Position numbers and translations under genes: made by a program. A stretch of 64,000 nucleotides of DNA from Ignavibacteriota bacterium (lineage in GTDB: Bacteria; Bacteroidota; Ignavibacteria; UBA10030): NCBI GenBank assembly GCA_963701295.1, contig OY969585.1, positions 1,344,001 to 1,408,000 on the forward strand. The letters are read 5' to 3'. The notes under the pieces are model-generated. The model had not been told where the DNA came from, did not search any database, and was given only the letters and a program-made list of their open reading frames with translations. Below, in pieces: positions 21,004-30,013 of the stretch; within the stretch, counting starts at the first letter, position 1; the number at the start of each line of letters is the position of its first letter.

Positions 21004-22279
21004 GAAAATCTTCCTTGGATGACTTGGCAAGTCCGAATAATTTCTGAATGGCGTTCATTTTCTGCAATCGCTCAGTGAGCGATGTCTCTTGTCCATTGCG
21101 CAGATTAACGATGGGTGCGTGTATGATCTTGTTGATGATGCGTTTCGTGATCAGCTCTACTAATTCACGATCCTTGGGATTGAAGCGATTAATATTCTTT
21201 GCTACTTCTTCCTGTCGGATGGATTCCATGAATTGTGTGAGCGCTGTAATCGTGGGATTCACTTCCAAGGACGCGTACCATTGCGTCAATTCTGCCAATA
21301 CATCGACAATGATCGCATCGACTTTAGGAATTTCCGCTTTCCGATGCTGCAGGTTTTCATCGATCATAGTATTTAGGGTGTCAAGATCGTAGAGAAAAAT
21401 ATTTTCCAATTCCTTAATCTGCGGATCGATGTTGCGCGGTACACCAAGATCGATGACAAACAACGGTCCATTTCTATTCTTTCGAATTAAACTTTGAATA
21501 TCGCTCGGTTGAATAATGTAACGGTTGACTTCAACGGATGAGATAACAATATCAGATTCCGCTAAGGCATCACACCAAGAGTCGAACGGAATTGCAGTGC
21601 CATGAACTTTCTGTGCTAATTGTTCGGCGCGCTCCTGTGTGCGGTTGGTAATAAGGAGTTTCCCGATATTTTTTCCGCGCAGATGAGTGGCAGTTAATTC
21701 CGCTGTCTCGCCCGCACCTATAACGAAAGCGGTTTTCTTCTGCAAGTCATCAAATATTTTTTCTGCCAATTCTACAGCTGCATAGCTAATAGAAACAGCT
21801 CCTTCACCGATTTCGGTCTCCGTTCGTGTGCGTTTTCCGACACGGAAAGCAAGCTGGAAGAGGCGATTCATAAAAATGCCGGCGGTCCTGAGTTCTATAG
21901 CAAGGTTGAATCCTTCCTTCACCTGTGCGAGAATCTGTGCATCTCCTAACACCATCGAATCAAGACTTGCTGCAACACGAAAGAGGTGCCGTGCTGCATC
22001 GCCAGCGGTCATAAGAAACATATCGGAGGGTTGTACTTTTCCTGCTGCGGACTTCTGTGCAATTAAAAGCTTCTTTAGCACATCCGGCTCGATTGTTCCG
22101 TTTTCCATCAGTACATATAATTCCGTGCGGTTGCATGTGGAGAATAAAACACTCTCGCTGGCACTCAGCGGCTTCAACAACGGCAAGGTGTGGCGAATCT
22201 CATCCGAAGAAAACCATAATCGCTCACGAACATCCAGCGGGGCTGTGTGATGTGATATACCGACGCAGAGAAGATTCAT
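20993..22279 (-). CDS. hemA: Glutamyl-tRNA reductase
   Basis: GISHHTAP, STCNRTE, SLDSMVLGDAQI, IGAGE, DLGVPRNID. Confidence 0.97.
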   Translation of the reverse strand: MNLLCVGISHHTAPLDVRERLWFSSDEIRHTLPLLKPLSASESVLFSTCNRTELYVLMENGTIEPDVLKKLLIAQKSAAGKVQPSDMFLMTAGDAARHLFRVAASLDSMVLGDAQILAQVKEGFNLAIELRTAGIFMNRLFQLAFRVGKRTRTETEIGEGAVSISYAAVELAEKIFDDLQKKTAFVIGAGETAELTATHLRGKNIGKLLITNRTQERAEQLAQKVHGTAIPFDSWCDALAESDIVISSVEVNRYIIQPSDIQSLIRKNRNGPLFVIDLGVPRNIDPQIKELENIFLYDLDTLNTMIDENLQHRKAEIPKVDAIIVDVLAELTQWYASLEVNPTITALTQFMESIRQEEVAKNINRFNPKDRELVELITKRIINKIIHAPIVNLRNGQETSLTERLQKMNAIQKLFGLAKSSKEDFHAD

Positions 22280-22280
22280 G

Positions 22281-23097
22281 TTAATAAAACTTGTGGAATC
22301 CGCTGAAGAAGATGTTAATAATGGTCATCGAGAAAATGGAAATGAGAAACCCCGCAATGGAGAGTATCATGACTTTCCGTCCTTGAACGCCAAAATATTT
22401 ATTTGCGATTACCAGAGATCCTGTACATAATCCAAACCATGACAGTACCAATGAGTTTTGGGTCGTCAAAATGTGCATTCTGATATACGTGGTGGAGCCA
22501 GACGATGCCAAAACAAATGGCTACGCCAAGAAGGGCAACGACAAGTTTTATCGCTGTCATGGTCATGCGTTCTAATGATTCGAGCGTAGGAAGTTTTTTA
22601 TAGATGACGCCAAAGCGTGAAGCTTTCATTTCATGGTATAACATTAAATACATGAAGCTGTATGCGCCTGCTATGGTACTCGCGGCATAGCCAATCAATG
22701 CACAAGAGACGTGCACGCCAAAAAGCGGGCTGCGGAGAATTTCCGGCACGACAGGTGTATCTTTAATAAAGAAAGTCGATGCGAGCTGAAAGAAGAACGC
22801 AATGTTGAGAATAAAATATCCGGTTTCTTTCCGATGCGAGCGGAGTTCAATGATCCAGTACGTAGCGGTAACCGAAAATGCCAACATGCCGAAAATTTCA
22901 AAGACCGTCGTGACAGGCGGATGTTGAAATGTGATCGTTCTGACTGCGAGATACAATACATGGAATGCCAAGGTGCCGATGAGGAGCGGTGTTTTCGTTT
23001 GCTTTGCCCAGAGTTTATCCGCGAAAAATGCCTTTCCGTAAGTCCACACTAAAAAAAAGTATAAAACAGGCAAAATGTAATTTAAATAACCGCTCAC
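22281..23097 (-). CDS. HemX/CcsA-like cytochrome c assembly-family membrane protein, +1 frameshift near 22420
   Basis: Multi-TM protein with KKLPTLESLE and DDPK motifs, directly upstream of hemA. ORFs 22399-23097 and 22281-22511 join by removing one base in TACAGGA. Confidence 0.75.
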
Positions 23098-23441
23098 GAA
23101 GGTTCCCTTTACAGAGTATTCATGAAAAAGGTAGAGAAATGTTGCTGGAGAAACAAGAAGAGGGGGAAGGAGGAAAAGAGATGAATTGTAATTATCTACT
23201 CTATACTTAGTTACTCGTCGACTCTGTGCTTACGGCTCAGACTTCTCAACTGCTCATCTGCTCTCGGGCTCATTTACTCAACAATTCATTTTACATTTTT
23301 GCTGTTGTTATATGCCGCCCAAAAGCTGCTGCCGGAGAAACAAGTCGAACGATCCTATAAAGTAGTTCTGCAAACAGAAGCATTCGGGAATGATCGTGGC
23401 AGGTTAGTCTTTCTTACCCTCCACAATCTTTATCTCTTTTC

Positions 23442-23475
23442 GTCATTGCGAACAGTTTTATCGTGAAGCAATCTC
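23442..23475. repeat. GTCATTGCGA...GAAGCAATCTC-type REP-like hairpin
   Basis: GTCATTGCGAACAGTTTTATCGTGAAGCAATCTC directly after the stop of the gene at 23479. Confidence 0.55.
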
Positions 23476-23478
23476 TCT

Positions 23479-23901
23479 TTATTTCTTCATTTCCTCCGCG
23501 GCCTTCTTTTCGAGATCTGTGGGCACTTTCACAAGAAGCGTTTTAATGTGCTTTGGAAATCGTCCATTTTCCTTTTCTTGCTTGATAAGCTCAACCATTG
23601 ATTTATCTGTAAATGCAAACACAATTTCCTGCGGTTTTTCGCTGAGGGAACCTGCCCAAAAAGCATTCGAGCGGACTTTGGCAAGCTCATCTACTCCAGG
23701 TTTTTCGCTTGTCGTTTTACTTGAGCTTGTTGAGATAAAACAGACTATTGTGCCGTCTTCAGAAACGGCATCGCATTCAAATTCTCCACCGGACTGTACT
23801 CCTAATTTGCGTTTTGCAAAAGCTTGATGATACTTCTTGGAAAGGAATTCGTGCCGTATCCAATTTTCAACATCTCTTGTAACTATCGTTGAGTCTGCCA
23901 T
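23479..23901 (-). CDS. Hypothetical protein, putative restriction-endonuclease-like fold (copy 1)
   Basis: MADSTIV...; GGEFECDAVSEDG-VCFISTS; near-identical to 25077-25514. Confidence 0.65.
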   Translation of the reverse strand: MADSTIVTRDVENWIRHEFLSKKYHQAFAKRKLGVQSGGEFECDAVSEDGTIVCFISTSSSKTTSEKPGVDELAKVRSNAFWAGSLSEKPQEIVFAFTDKSMVELIKQEKENGRFPKHIKTLLVKVPTDLEKKAAEEMKK

Positions 23902-23923
23902 TGAATATTCCTTAGCGTCCATC

Positions 23924-24018
23924 TGTAGCCGAGGTCGTTGACCTCGGCAAATTCTTCAGTTTCCTTAAAACCGCGATCACCCGCCATTAAGATTGGCGGG
24001 CAGGCCGGTCGCGGCTAT
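23924..24018. repeat. Inverted pair of GTAG-type REPs (REPIN-like), right copy interrupted by a 25-nt mini-hairpin
   Basis: TGTAGCCGAGGTCGTTGACCTCGG ... CCGCGATCAC[CCGCCATTAAGATTGGCGGGCAGGC]CGGTCGCGGCTATA. Confidence 0.7.
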
Positions 24019-25073
24019 AAAATCTTTTCGCGTTGATTGCGCCACTCTTGAATATCCGCAGGCGGTACTAGAATCTCTCCCGATCCACGCCGCTCGAGAT
24101 GAATCGCGTCCTCCGGACATACCAGCACACATAATCCGCACCCAACACACCGTTTCAGGTCGGCCTTGAGAACAATATCCGGTATCGACAGCGCTTTGAA
24201 CTGACATCGGTCGATGCATACACCGCACACCGAGCAGTTTTCTTCTACGACTGCGATTTGATAATCAGAATGCGCAATAGCGCTCATGATTCCATACTCT
24301 GCAATACCCCGCATGATTCCGCAGCAGCAAGTACAGCAATTACAGATGTACTCGATCCCGTCTTTATAATTTCCTGAGGAGTGCACAAGCCCCGCTTCTT
24401 CGGTTTCCCGCAAAATGCTGAACGCTTCTTCTTTCGTGAGAGCCCGGTCCACTGTGCTGCGGTTGAAGGCATTCTTGACCGGTGCAAAGACCAGACATGT
24501 CTCCAGCTTATGGTGACATTGTTTTCCGAGCAGTTGCTGCTGCTTGCGGCAAATACAGTCCCGCACACCCCACGATTGTGCTTTCTCCAGCAGTTCTGAG
24601 GCGCGTTCGTATGGTTCGATGTTCACTTTAATTGGAATCGCCCTATCGACAGGTATAACCCGATGCAAAGCAGGCGTTGGACGCAGCACACCGCCCTGCG
24701 TTTCCCGATAATAGTGCTCAAACAATTCCGCCATTTCCACATCCATGCGGGCAAGCTGACCTTCATAGAATCCGACAACAAAAGGACGCAGTGCATATGC
24801 AAATTCTCCCTCGCCTTTTTTCAGATCGACCAATCCTTTCGCGACCATCCGCTTGAGTGTATCGCGCGTTTCTTTCGGATCGACACCTGCGTGTTCCGCG
24901 ATCGCAGACGCCGGTTCAGCTTTCAGATGCATCGCACAAGCAAGTAACGCTTCTTCAGGCGTAAACACCTTTGCCAGCATTGCAAATTCGATTCCGCTTT
25001 TTGCAGGCGGGAATCGGTTTGGCAGTTCGTCTAACCTTTTTGCCAGCCGTTTATAGATTTCATTTGAGATCAA
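24015..25073 (-). CDS. 4Fe-4S dicluster-binding protein with N-terminal HTH-like region
   Basis: CICR, CNCCTCCC, CSVCGVCIDRC and CVGCGLCVLVCP motifs. Confidence 0.85.
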   Translation of the reverse strand: MISNEIYKRLAKRLDELPNRFPPAKSGIEFAMLAKVFTPEEALLACAMHLKAEPASAIAEHAGVDPKETRDTLKRMVAKGLVDLKKGEGEFAYALRPFVVGFYEGQLARMDVEMAELFEHYYRETQGGVLRPTPALHRVIPVDRAIPIKVNIEPYERASELLEKAQSWGVRDCICRKQQQLLGKQCHHKLETCLVFAPVKNAFNRSTVDRALTKEEAFSILRETEEAGLVHSSGNYKDGIEYICNCCTCCCGIMRGIAEYGIMSAIAHSDYQIAVVEENCSVCGVCIDRCQFKALSIPDIVLKADLKRCVGCGLCVLVCPEDAIHLERRGSGEILVPPADIQEWRNQREKIL

Positions 25074-25076
25074 TGT

Positions 25077-25514
25077 TTATTTCCTTTGTTTTGATATTTC
25101 CTCCGCCGCATTCTTCTTCATCTCTGCAAGTTTCTTTTCGAGGTCTGCCGGCAATTTGACAAGAAGCGTCTTAATGTACTTTGGGAAGCGTCCATTTTCT
25201 TTTTCTTGCTTGATAAGCTCGACCATTGATTTATCTGTAAATGCAAACACAATTTCCTGCGGTTTTTCACTGAGGGAACCTGCCCAAAAAGCATTATCCC
25301 GGATTTTCGCAATCACACCCGTGTCTGTCTTACTTGAGCTTGTTGAGATAAAGCAGACAGTTTTACCATCTTCAGAAACAGCGTCGCATTCAAATTCTCC
25401 GCCGGACTGTACGCCTAATTTGCGTTTTGCAAAACCTTGGTGATATTTCTTAGGAAGGAATTCGCTTCTTATCCAATATTCAACATCTTTTGTGGCTATG
25501 GTTGAGTCTGCCAT
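25077..25514 (-). CDS. Hypothetical protein, putative restriction-endonuclease-like fold (copy 2)
   Basis: Paralog of 23479-23901; lacks about 5 residues after STSSSKT and has a longer C-terminus. Confidence 0.65.
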   Translation of the reverse strand: MADSTIATKDVEYWIRSEFLPKKYHQGFAKRKLGVQSGGEFECDAVSEDGKTVCFISTSSSKTDTGVIAKIRDNAFWAGSLSEKPQEIVFAFTDKSMVELIKQEKENGRFPKYIKTLLVKLPADLEKKLAEMKKNAAEEISKQRK

Positions 25515-25523
25515 AATATTATG

Positions 25524-25895
25524 CTACCTCTTCCTTAACTCGTCAACAGCATTATACACATTCTGACATACTCCATCGACATTCTTACAAACATCCTCGT
25601 TGGTAAAACGGAGAAACCGTATTCCAAATGCCTCAATGTGTTCCTGACGTGTTTTGTCTTGCTCCTGTGCGCCTTGCATAAAGTGTGAATCGCCATCGAC
25701 TTCAATGGCAAGCTTCAACCGTGGACAATAGAAATCGAGCACATATTGATTGACACTATATTGTCGAAGAAATCGCTCTCCGAGTATCTGTTTATTTTTT
25801 AGTTTAGACCAGAGTATAACTTCCGCTATCGGCATGTTCTTGCGAAGTGATCTTCTTCGTGCTTTTAATTCCTCTTTATTAAACGTTTCAGTCAT
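25524..25895 (-). CDS. DUF559 / Vsr-like endonuclease domain protein
   Basis: RRSLRKNMPIAEVILW, FLRQY, YVLDFYC, LAIEVDGDSH, FLRFTN. Confidence 0.9.
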   Translation of the reverse strand: MTETFNKEELKARRRSLRKNMPIAEVILWSKLKNKQILGERFLRQYSVNQYVLDFYCPRLKLAIEVDGDSHFMQGAQEQDKTRQEHIEAFGIRFLRFTNEDVCKNVDGVCQNVYNAVDELRKR

Positions 25896-25904
25896 AATTT
25901 TGAT

Positions 25905-25949
25905 AACCCCCTTTTCTCCCCCCTTTCAGAAAGGGGGGATTGGGGGGTT
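25905..25949. repeat. C-run/G-run hairpin upstream of the DUF559 gene
   Basis: AACCCCCTTTTCTCCCCCCTTTCAGAAAGGGGGGATTGGGGGGTT. Confidence 0.65.
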
Positions 25950-25956
25950 CATAACA

Positions 25957-26074
25957 CTCCGCCGGACTGCACTCCTAATTTCTGTTTTGAGAATGCTTGA
26001 TGATATTTCTTGGGAAGGAATTCGCTTCTTATCCAATTTTCAACATCTCATATTGCTATCGCTGAGTCTGCCAT
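25957..26074 (-). pseudogene. 5' fragment (copy 3) of the MADSTI-family gene
   Basis: Translates as MADSAIAI*DVENWIRSEFLPKKYHQAFSKQKLGVQSGG; homology stops at the DUF559-linked hairpin. Confidence 0.85.
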
Positions 26075-26081
26075 TGTGGTA

Positions 26082-26228
26082 TTAACTATGAGTTGCAATT
26101 GAGACTATTTGGTAAATATCTTCACCCTTTTTTAGAGCCTCTAATAATTTCTTAAACATATACGCATCGTGATAATTTGTCTTTTCTTGTATCATCAGCA
26201 ACTTGGCAATTAAGATTAAAAATTTACA
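26082..26228 (-). pseudogene. Probable 3' remnant of a gene that followed the methylase
   Basis: 48 open codons in frame after the MTase TAG (CKFLILIAKLLMIQEKTNYHDAYMFKKLLEALKKGEDIYQIVSIATHS*), with no good start. Confidence 0.45.
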
Positions 26229-26807
26229 CTATACTTTCCCTTCGCTAGAGATAATAATCTTCATATTTTCTTTACTATTATTAAATCGAACGGAAGAGAT
26301 AACTGGAACATTTAGTTTGTATGGATTCTCGAGTTCTGGGTAGAATATTACAATACTTGAAGGAAATGGTGCGGATTGCTCACTATTCCCAAAAGATAAT
26401 CTTCCAGCAATAAGACGCACTTCGCCCGCTTTCATTGCCCAATCATGCCACCATCTTGTATCGGTACGAGAAGGAACAAGACATACCACCAATGCACCCC
26501 GTTGGCTTTCCTGATAAGCTTTCTTCATCCAATGGGAAATGTTTTTGCCATAAGGTGGATTCATCCAGCAACGAAAAGGGCTCCATTCTTGATTAAGGCC
26601 ATTCACCTGCTTATCGAAATATACTTTGCATTTAGCATTTTCTGAAGTTGCGCACACGTCTACCTGAAAATTGAATTCCTTATTGAGAATGCTAAAAACA
26701 TGTTGCGGGGTTTCCCATTCTTCCGTTCTACTTGTAAAAAGACCAGAGGTCAATCTCGATTTATCATTCGCTTTTTCTATAGCTTTGGCTGGGACGCTTT
26801 TTATCAT
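26229..26807 (-). CDS. Phage-type DNA N6-adenine methyltransferase (Dam, T1/HP1-like family)
   Basis: EEWETPQ, DVCA, WMNPPYG, LVPSRTDTRWWH, GRLSF, APFPS. Confidence 0.9.
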   Translation of the reverse strand: MIKSVPAKAIEKANDKSRLTSGLFTSRTEEWETPQHVFSILNKEFNFQVDVCATSENAKCKVYFDKQVNGLNQEWSPFRCWMNPPYGKNISHWMKKAYQESQRGALVVCLVPSRTDTRWWHDWAMKAGEVRLIAGRLSFGNSEQSAPFPSSIVIFYPELENPYKLNVPVISSVRFNNSKENMKIIISSEGKV

Positions 26808-26812
26808 AAATA

Positions 26813-27538
26813 TTAAAATTTTCCTTCAACAATACTCAATTCAACTTGTTTTGTATGCAGTTCAGCCACGATGTCATAGGAAATAAACTTCACTCTATGA
26901 GCTATATTTCTAAAAGCATTCATACTGATAATAGACTGATACTGTCTTTCCCTTTTGTTGTCTGCCACAACCCTGAATTCAACATTAAAATCCTGAAGCT
27001 CAACGAATTTTAATAAAGAGTTTTTAAAATCTGTTGAATGTTCTATTTCAAAAAAAGAGTGTGGAAGCTTTCTTTCATTGAACCAAGAGACATCTATCGT
27101 AGCTGCTCTATCTACTATATGATCATAACTAAAATTATAGAATTGATCAATCGTTGCTATTTCACCCAGCAAATGAGATAGATATTTTCTGTTCTTATCT
27201 TGCGATGGAACGTATGTTGTCATCTTCTTTATATTCCCAAGTTCAAGAAGAAGTCCTTGATAATATGAATGATTGAAAGCTTCATCATTTTTGCCTTTCC
27301 TTTCTGCTATTTCAAACACTTTGAGAATTTGTTCTCTCTCTGATTTTAACGCCCATAATCCCGGTCTGATTTTAAAGAAGAACCTCTCGTCTTGAACAAT
27401 ACGTCTAATAGTGGCAAAGGGAGTTTGTGTGCCCCATTTTACATTTTCTATTTTGAAAACTTCTATATACAAGTTGCCTAAAGTTGAGAATCCACCATTA
27501 GCTTTCATCACTTCTATCACTGCTTCATATTGCTTCAT
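26813..27538 (-). CDS. Putative restriction-type endonuclease with N-terminal winged-HTH (HARE-HTH-like)
   Basis: TPFATIRRIVQ...RPGLWAL N-terminus; HSYYQGLL, IDVSW...FFEIEHSTD PD-(D/E)xK-like core; ATG 27538 with GGAG RBS. Confidence 0.7.
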   Translation of the reverse strand: MKQYEAVIEVMKANGGFSTLGNLYIEVFKIENVKWGTQTPFATIRRIVQDERFFFKIRPGLWALKSEREQILKVFEIAERKGKNDEAFNHSYYQGLLLELGNIKKMTTYVPSQDKNRKYLSHLLGEIATIDQFYNFSYDHIVDRAATIDVSWFNERKLPHSFFEIEHSTDFKNSLLKFVELQDFNVEFRVVADNKRERQYQSIISMNAFRNIAHRVKFISYDIVAELHTKQVELSIVEGKF

Positions 27539-27783
27539 CGTATTTTCTCCTGAGACAAACGGAAGTATTTTCAATTAAATCACCAATCCCTCTTCTAGTT
27601 TACAATGAACATTTCCAGTTTTGAAAAATCTTTTGAATAATTGCCATCGGTGAGTCGCTCAATCCCCGATCACCTACCCGCCGAAACAACTGTGCCGGTA
27701 GGACATCTGTTAAGAAGTTATGCAAAAGGGATGGGAATCTCAATGGTAAGAGACTTTTAGATTCCTGAAATTTCTCAAGGTTT

Positions 27784-27832
27784 AGATTCTCGAAGTTTCT
27801 CACAAGAGACAACAGGTAAACTTCGAGAATCT
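27784..27832. repeat. Perfect 15-bp inverted repeat at the island boundary
   Basis: AGATTCTCGAAGTTT-N19-AAACTTCGAGAATCT; a degenerate copy starts near 27759. Confidence 0.7.
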
Positions 27833-27938
27833 TCTCTGAGATACGCAGGACTTTCCCTGGTAATTACTTACCATGACCGCCCTTTTGCGTGGCACTTCGC
27901 ACCTGACCTTGTTTCACTTCAAATGCACATCTGCATGC

Positions 27939-28577
27939 TCATTCAAACAACAGCATCTGTGGTAAACGGTATTTCACACGCGCCAGGATATAGTTGAGGT
28001 CGACTGGATTATTGACGAAATCGAGGTCGTCACTTTCGATGATGAGAAGTGGACCAAGCTTATATCGGGCAATCCAATCTTCATAGAGCTTATTGAGCTG
28101 CTCGAGATAGGAACGCTGGATTCCTTGTTCAAAATCTCGTCCGCGTTTGGAGATTTGTTTCATAAGCGTATCTACATTTGCCCGTAAGTAGATCATTAAG
28201 CCGGGGGGTTTGAGGTATTCCGTCATCACGTGGAAGAGTGAGACATAGCTGGTGTAGTCACGCTCCGTCATTTTTCCAATATCATAGAGGTTGCGCGCAA
28301 AGATCTCGGCGTCTTCATAAATAGAACGATCTTGAATCACTGATTCGCTCGATTCGACGATCTCTTTGTGACGCTTGAAACGATTGGCAAGGAAATAAAT
28401 TTGCAGGTGAAACGACCAGCGCGACATATCGGCATAGAAATCAGAAATATAAGGATTATCATCCACCGACTCAATGTGCGGTTTCCATTGGAAATGCTCG
28501 CCAAGTAATCGTGACAGCGACGATTTCCCGGCGCCAATATTACCTGCAACAGCGACGAAGAGGGGATGGGAGGGCAT
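27939..28577 (-). CDS. Deoxynucleoside kinase
   Basis: VAGNIGAGKS P-loop, LQIYFL, QDRSIYED, RGRDFE. Confidence 0.93.
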   Translation of the reverse strand: MPSHPLFVAVAGNIGAGKSSLSRLLGEHFQWKPHIESVDDNPYISDFYADMSRWSFHLQIYFLANRFKRHKEIVESSESVIQDRSIYEDAEIFARNLYDIGKMTERDYTSYVSLFHVMTEYLKPPGLMIYLRANVDTLMKQISKRGRDFEQGIQRSYLEQLNKLYEDWIARYKLGPLLIIESDDLDFVNNPVDLNYILARVKYRLPQMLLFE

Positions 28578-28653
28578 GGTGGTTTTATATGATGGAGTGA
28601 ATGTCAGAAGCAATCAAGTGCGGATGCTGACTTCATCCACACTTGATACATTA

Positions 28654-28989
28654 CTAAAATGATGCTATCGCGTCATTCACATTCTTGTGAAGATCGAATA
28701 CCTTCAGCAATTTTGTCACCTCTAGGAGGTGTTCGACTTTCTTTGACGCACGTGCGAGTTTCAAATCGCCGCCGGAGTGGCGCAGTGTTGTTAATCCGCC
28801 GATGAGCATGCCAAGTCCGGAGCTATTGATGAAGCTAACCGTTTTGAGATCAACGACGACGTTCTTTTTATCTTCGGTGATAAGCTTGTGCAAGTAGTCG
28901 TTTAAGGCAGACACATCAGGACCGCCTATGACATTGCCGTCCAGTTCGATGACCGTAATGCCTTTGATCTCTTTCGTTTTCAATTTCAT
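28654..28989 (-). CDS. STAS-domain anti-sigma factor antagonist
   Basis: VVDL..VSFINSSGLGML motif. Confidence 0.92.
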   Translation of the reverse strand: MKLKTKEIKGITVIELDGNVIGGPDVSALNDYLHKLITEDKKNVVVDLKTVSFINSSGLGMLIGGLTTLRHSGGDLKLARASKKVEHLLEVTKLLKVFDLHKNVNDAIASF

Positions 28990-29027
28990 CGTATACCTTC
29001 CTGATGATCTTTCTCAAGCGGATAGAC

Positions 29028-29948
29028 CTATTTCTTAATCAATTGTTTCTGGCGTTCGGTCCATTCCAGTACCACTGCGCTGGCAATATAGATAGAAGAA
29101 TATGTGCCTGTGATGATGCCGATCGTCATTACGAATGCGAACCCTCTGGTCACTTCACCGCCGACAAAGAGCAGTACTAGCAAAACGACGAAGATAGTAC
29201 CGGATGTTATGATTGTGCGGCTCAAAGTTTCATTCAAACTCTTATTCATAATATCGTGTAGTGACATACTCTTGAATAACTTTAAATTTTCACGAATACG
29301 GTCAAAGACAACAATAGTGTCATTGTTTGAAACACCGAGCAGTGTAAGGAATGCTGCAATTACCTCTTGGGTTATTTCCAGATTCAATCCCGGAATCACG
29401 CCATCAAGCAAGGACACTATTCCAATGGTTAGCAGTGTGTCATGCATTAATGCAAGTATTGCACCGACACCGAACACAAATTTGAACCGCAGGGCAATAT
29501 AAAGTAAAATGGCAATGAGGGATACAAGGACGGCGTAAAATGCATCACGCCGCAATTCCCGCCCGATCTTCGGTCCAATCTTGTCCTCTTTGAGTAATTC
29601 AAGCCGTTCGTTTGGAAATGTCTGACGCATGGCATCTTTAATTTTTATAGCAATGATATTACCTTCAGCTTGTTCGGCCGTTCGGATAAGAAGGTTTTTC
29701 TCATTGCCTAGGAATTTGATTTCGCTCTTTCCGAGGCCTACTTTATCAAGGGCACCTCGTACCAGCGAAATATCCGGTTTTTGGTCAAAACCTAGCACGA
29801 GTTCCGTGCCGCCGCGGAAATCGATACCATAATTTACACCCTTAAAGATGAGCGAACAGATGCCGGCGATTATGATGGTTGCCGAAACCAGGTACATTTT
29901 ACGCCGGATTGCAAGAAAGTCAATATTTGTTTTTTTGAATATCCGCAT
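29028..29948 (-). CDS. secF: Protein translocase subunit SecF
   Basis: GIDFRGG, IGPKIG, HD, NDTIVVFDRIREN, TLSRTIITS. Confidence 0.97.
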   Translation of the reverse strand: MRIFKKTNIDFLAIRRKMYLVSATIIIAGICSLIFKGVNYGIDFRGGTELVLGFDQKPDISLVRGALDKVGLGKSEIKFLGNEKNLLIRTAEQAEGNIIAIKIKDAMRQTFPNERLELLKEDKIGPKIGRELRRDAFYAVLVSLIAILLYIALRFKFVFGVGAILALMHDTLLTIGIVSLLDGVIPGLNLEITQEVIAAFLTLLGVSNNDTIVVFDRIRENLKLFKSMSLHDIMNKSLNETLSRTIITSGTIFVVLLVLLFVGGEVTRGFAFVMTIGIITGTYSSIYIASAVVLEWTERQKQLIKK

Positions 29949-30013
29949 GGAACGATAAACTCCTTTTTCAATTCAATGACAACATATACTCACAAATAAT
30001 TAATACGGTCTGA

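Noticed and set aside
23307-23318. GTTATATGCCGC as an attC-like end
   Set aside because: No complementary partner arm found nearby.
27600-27812. 70-aa ORF at the island edge
   Set aside because: Starts within the inverted repeat and shows no recognisable family; at most a remnant.
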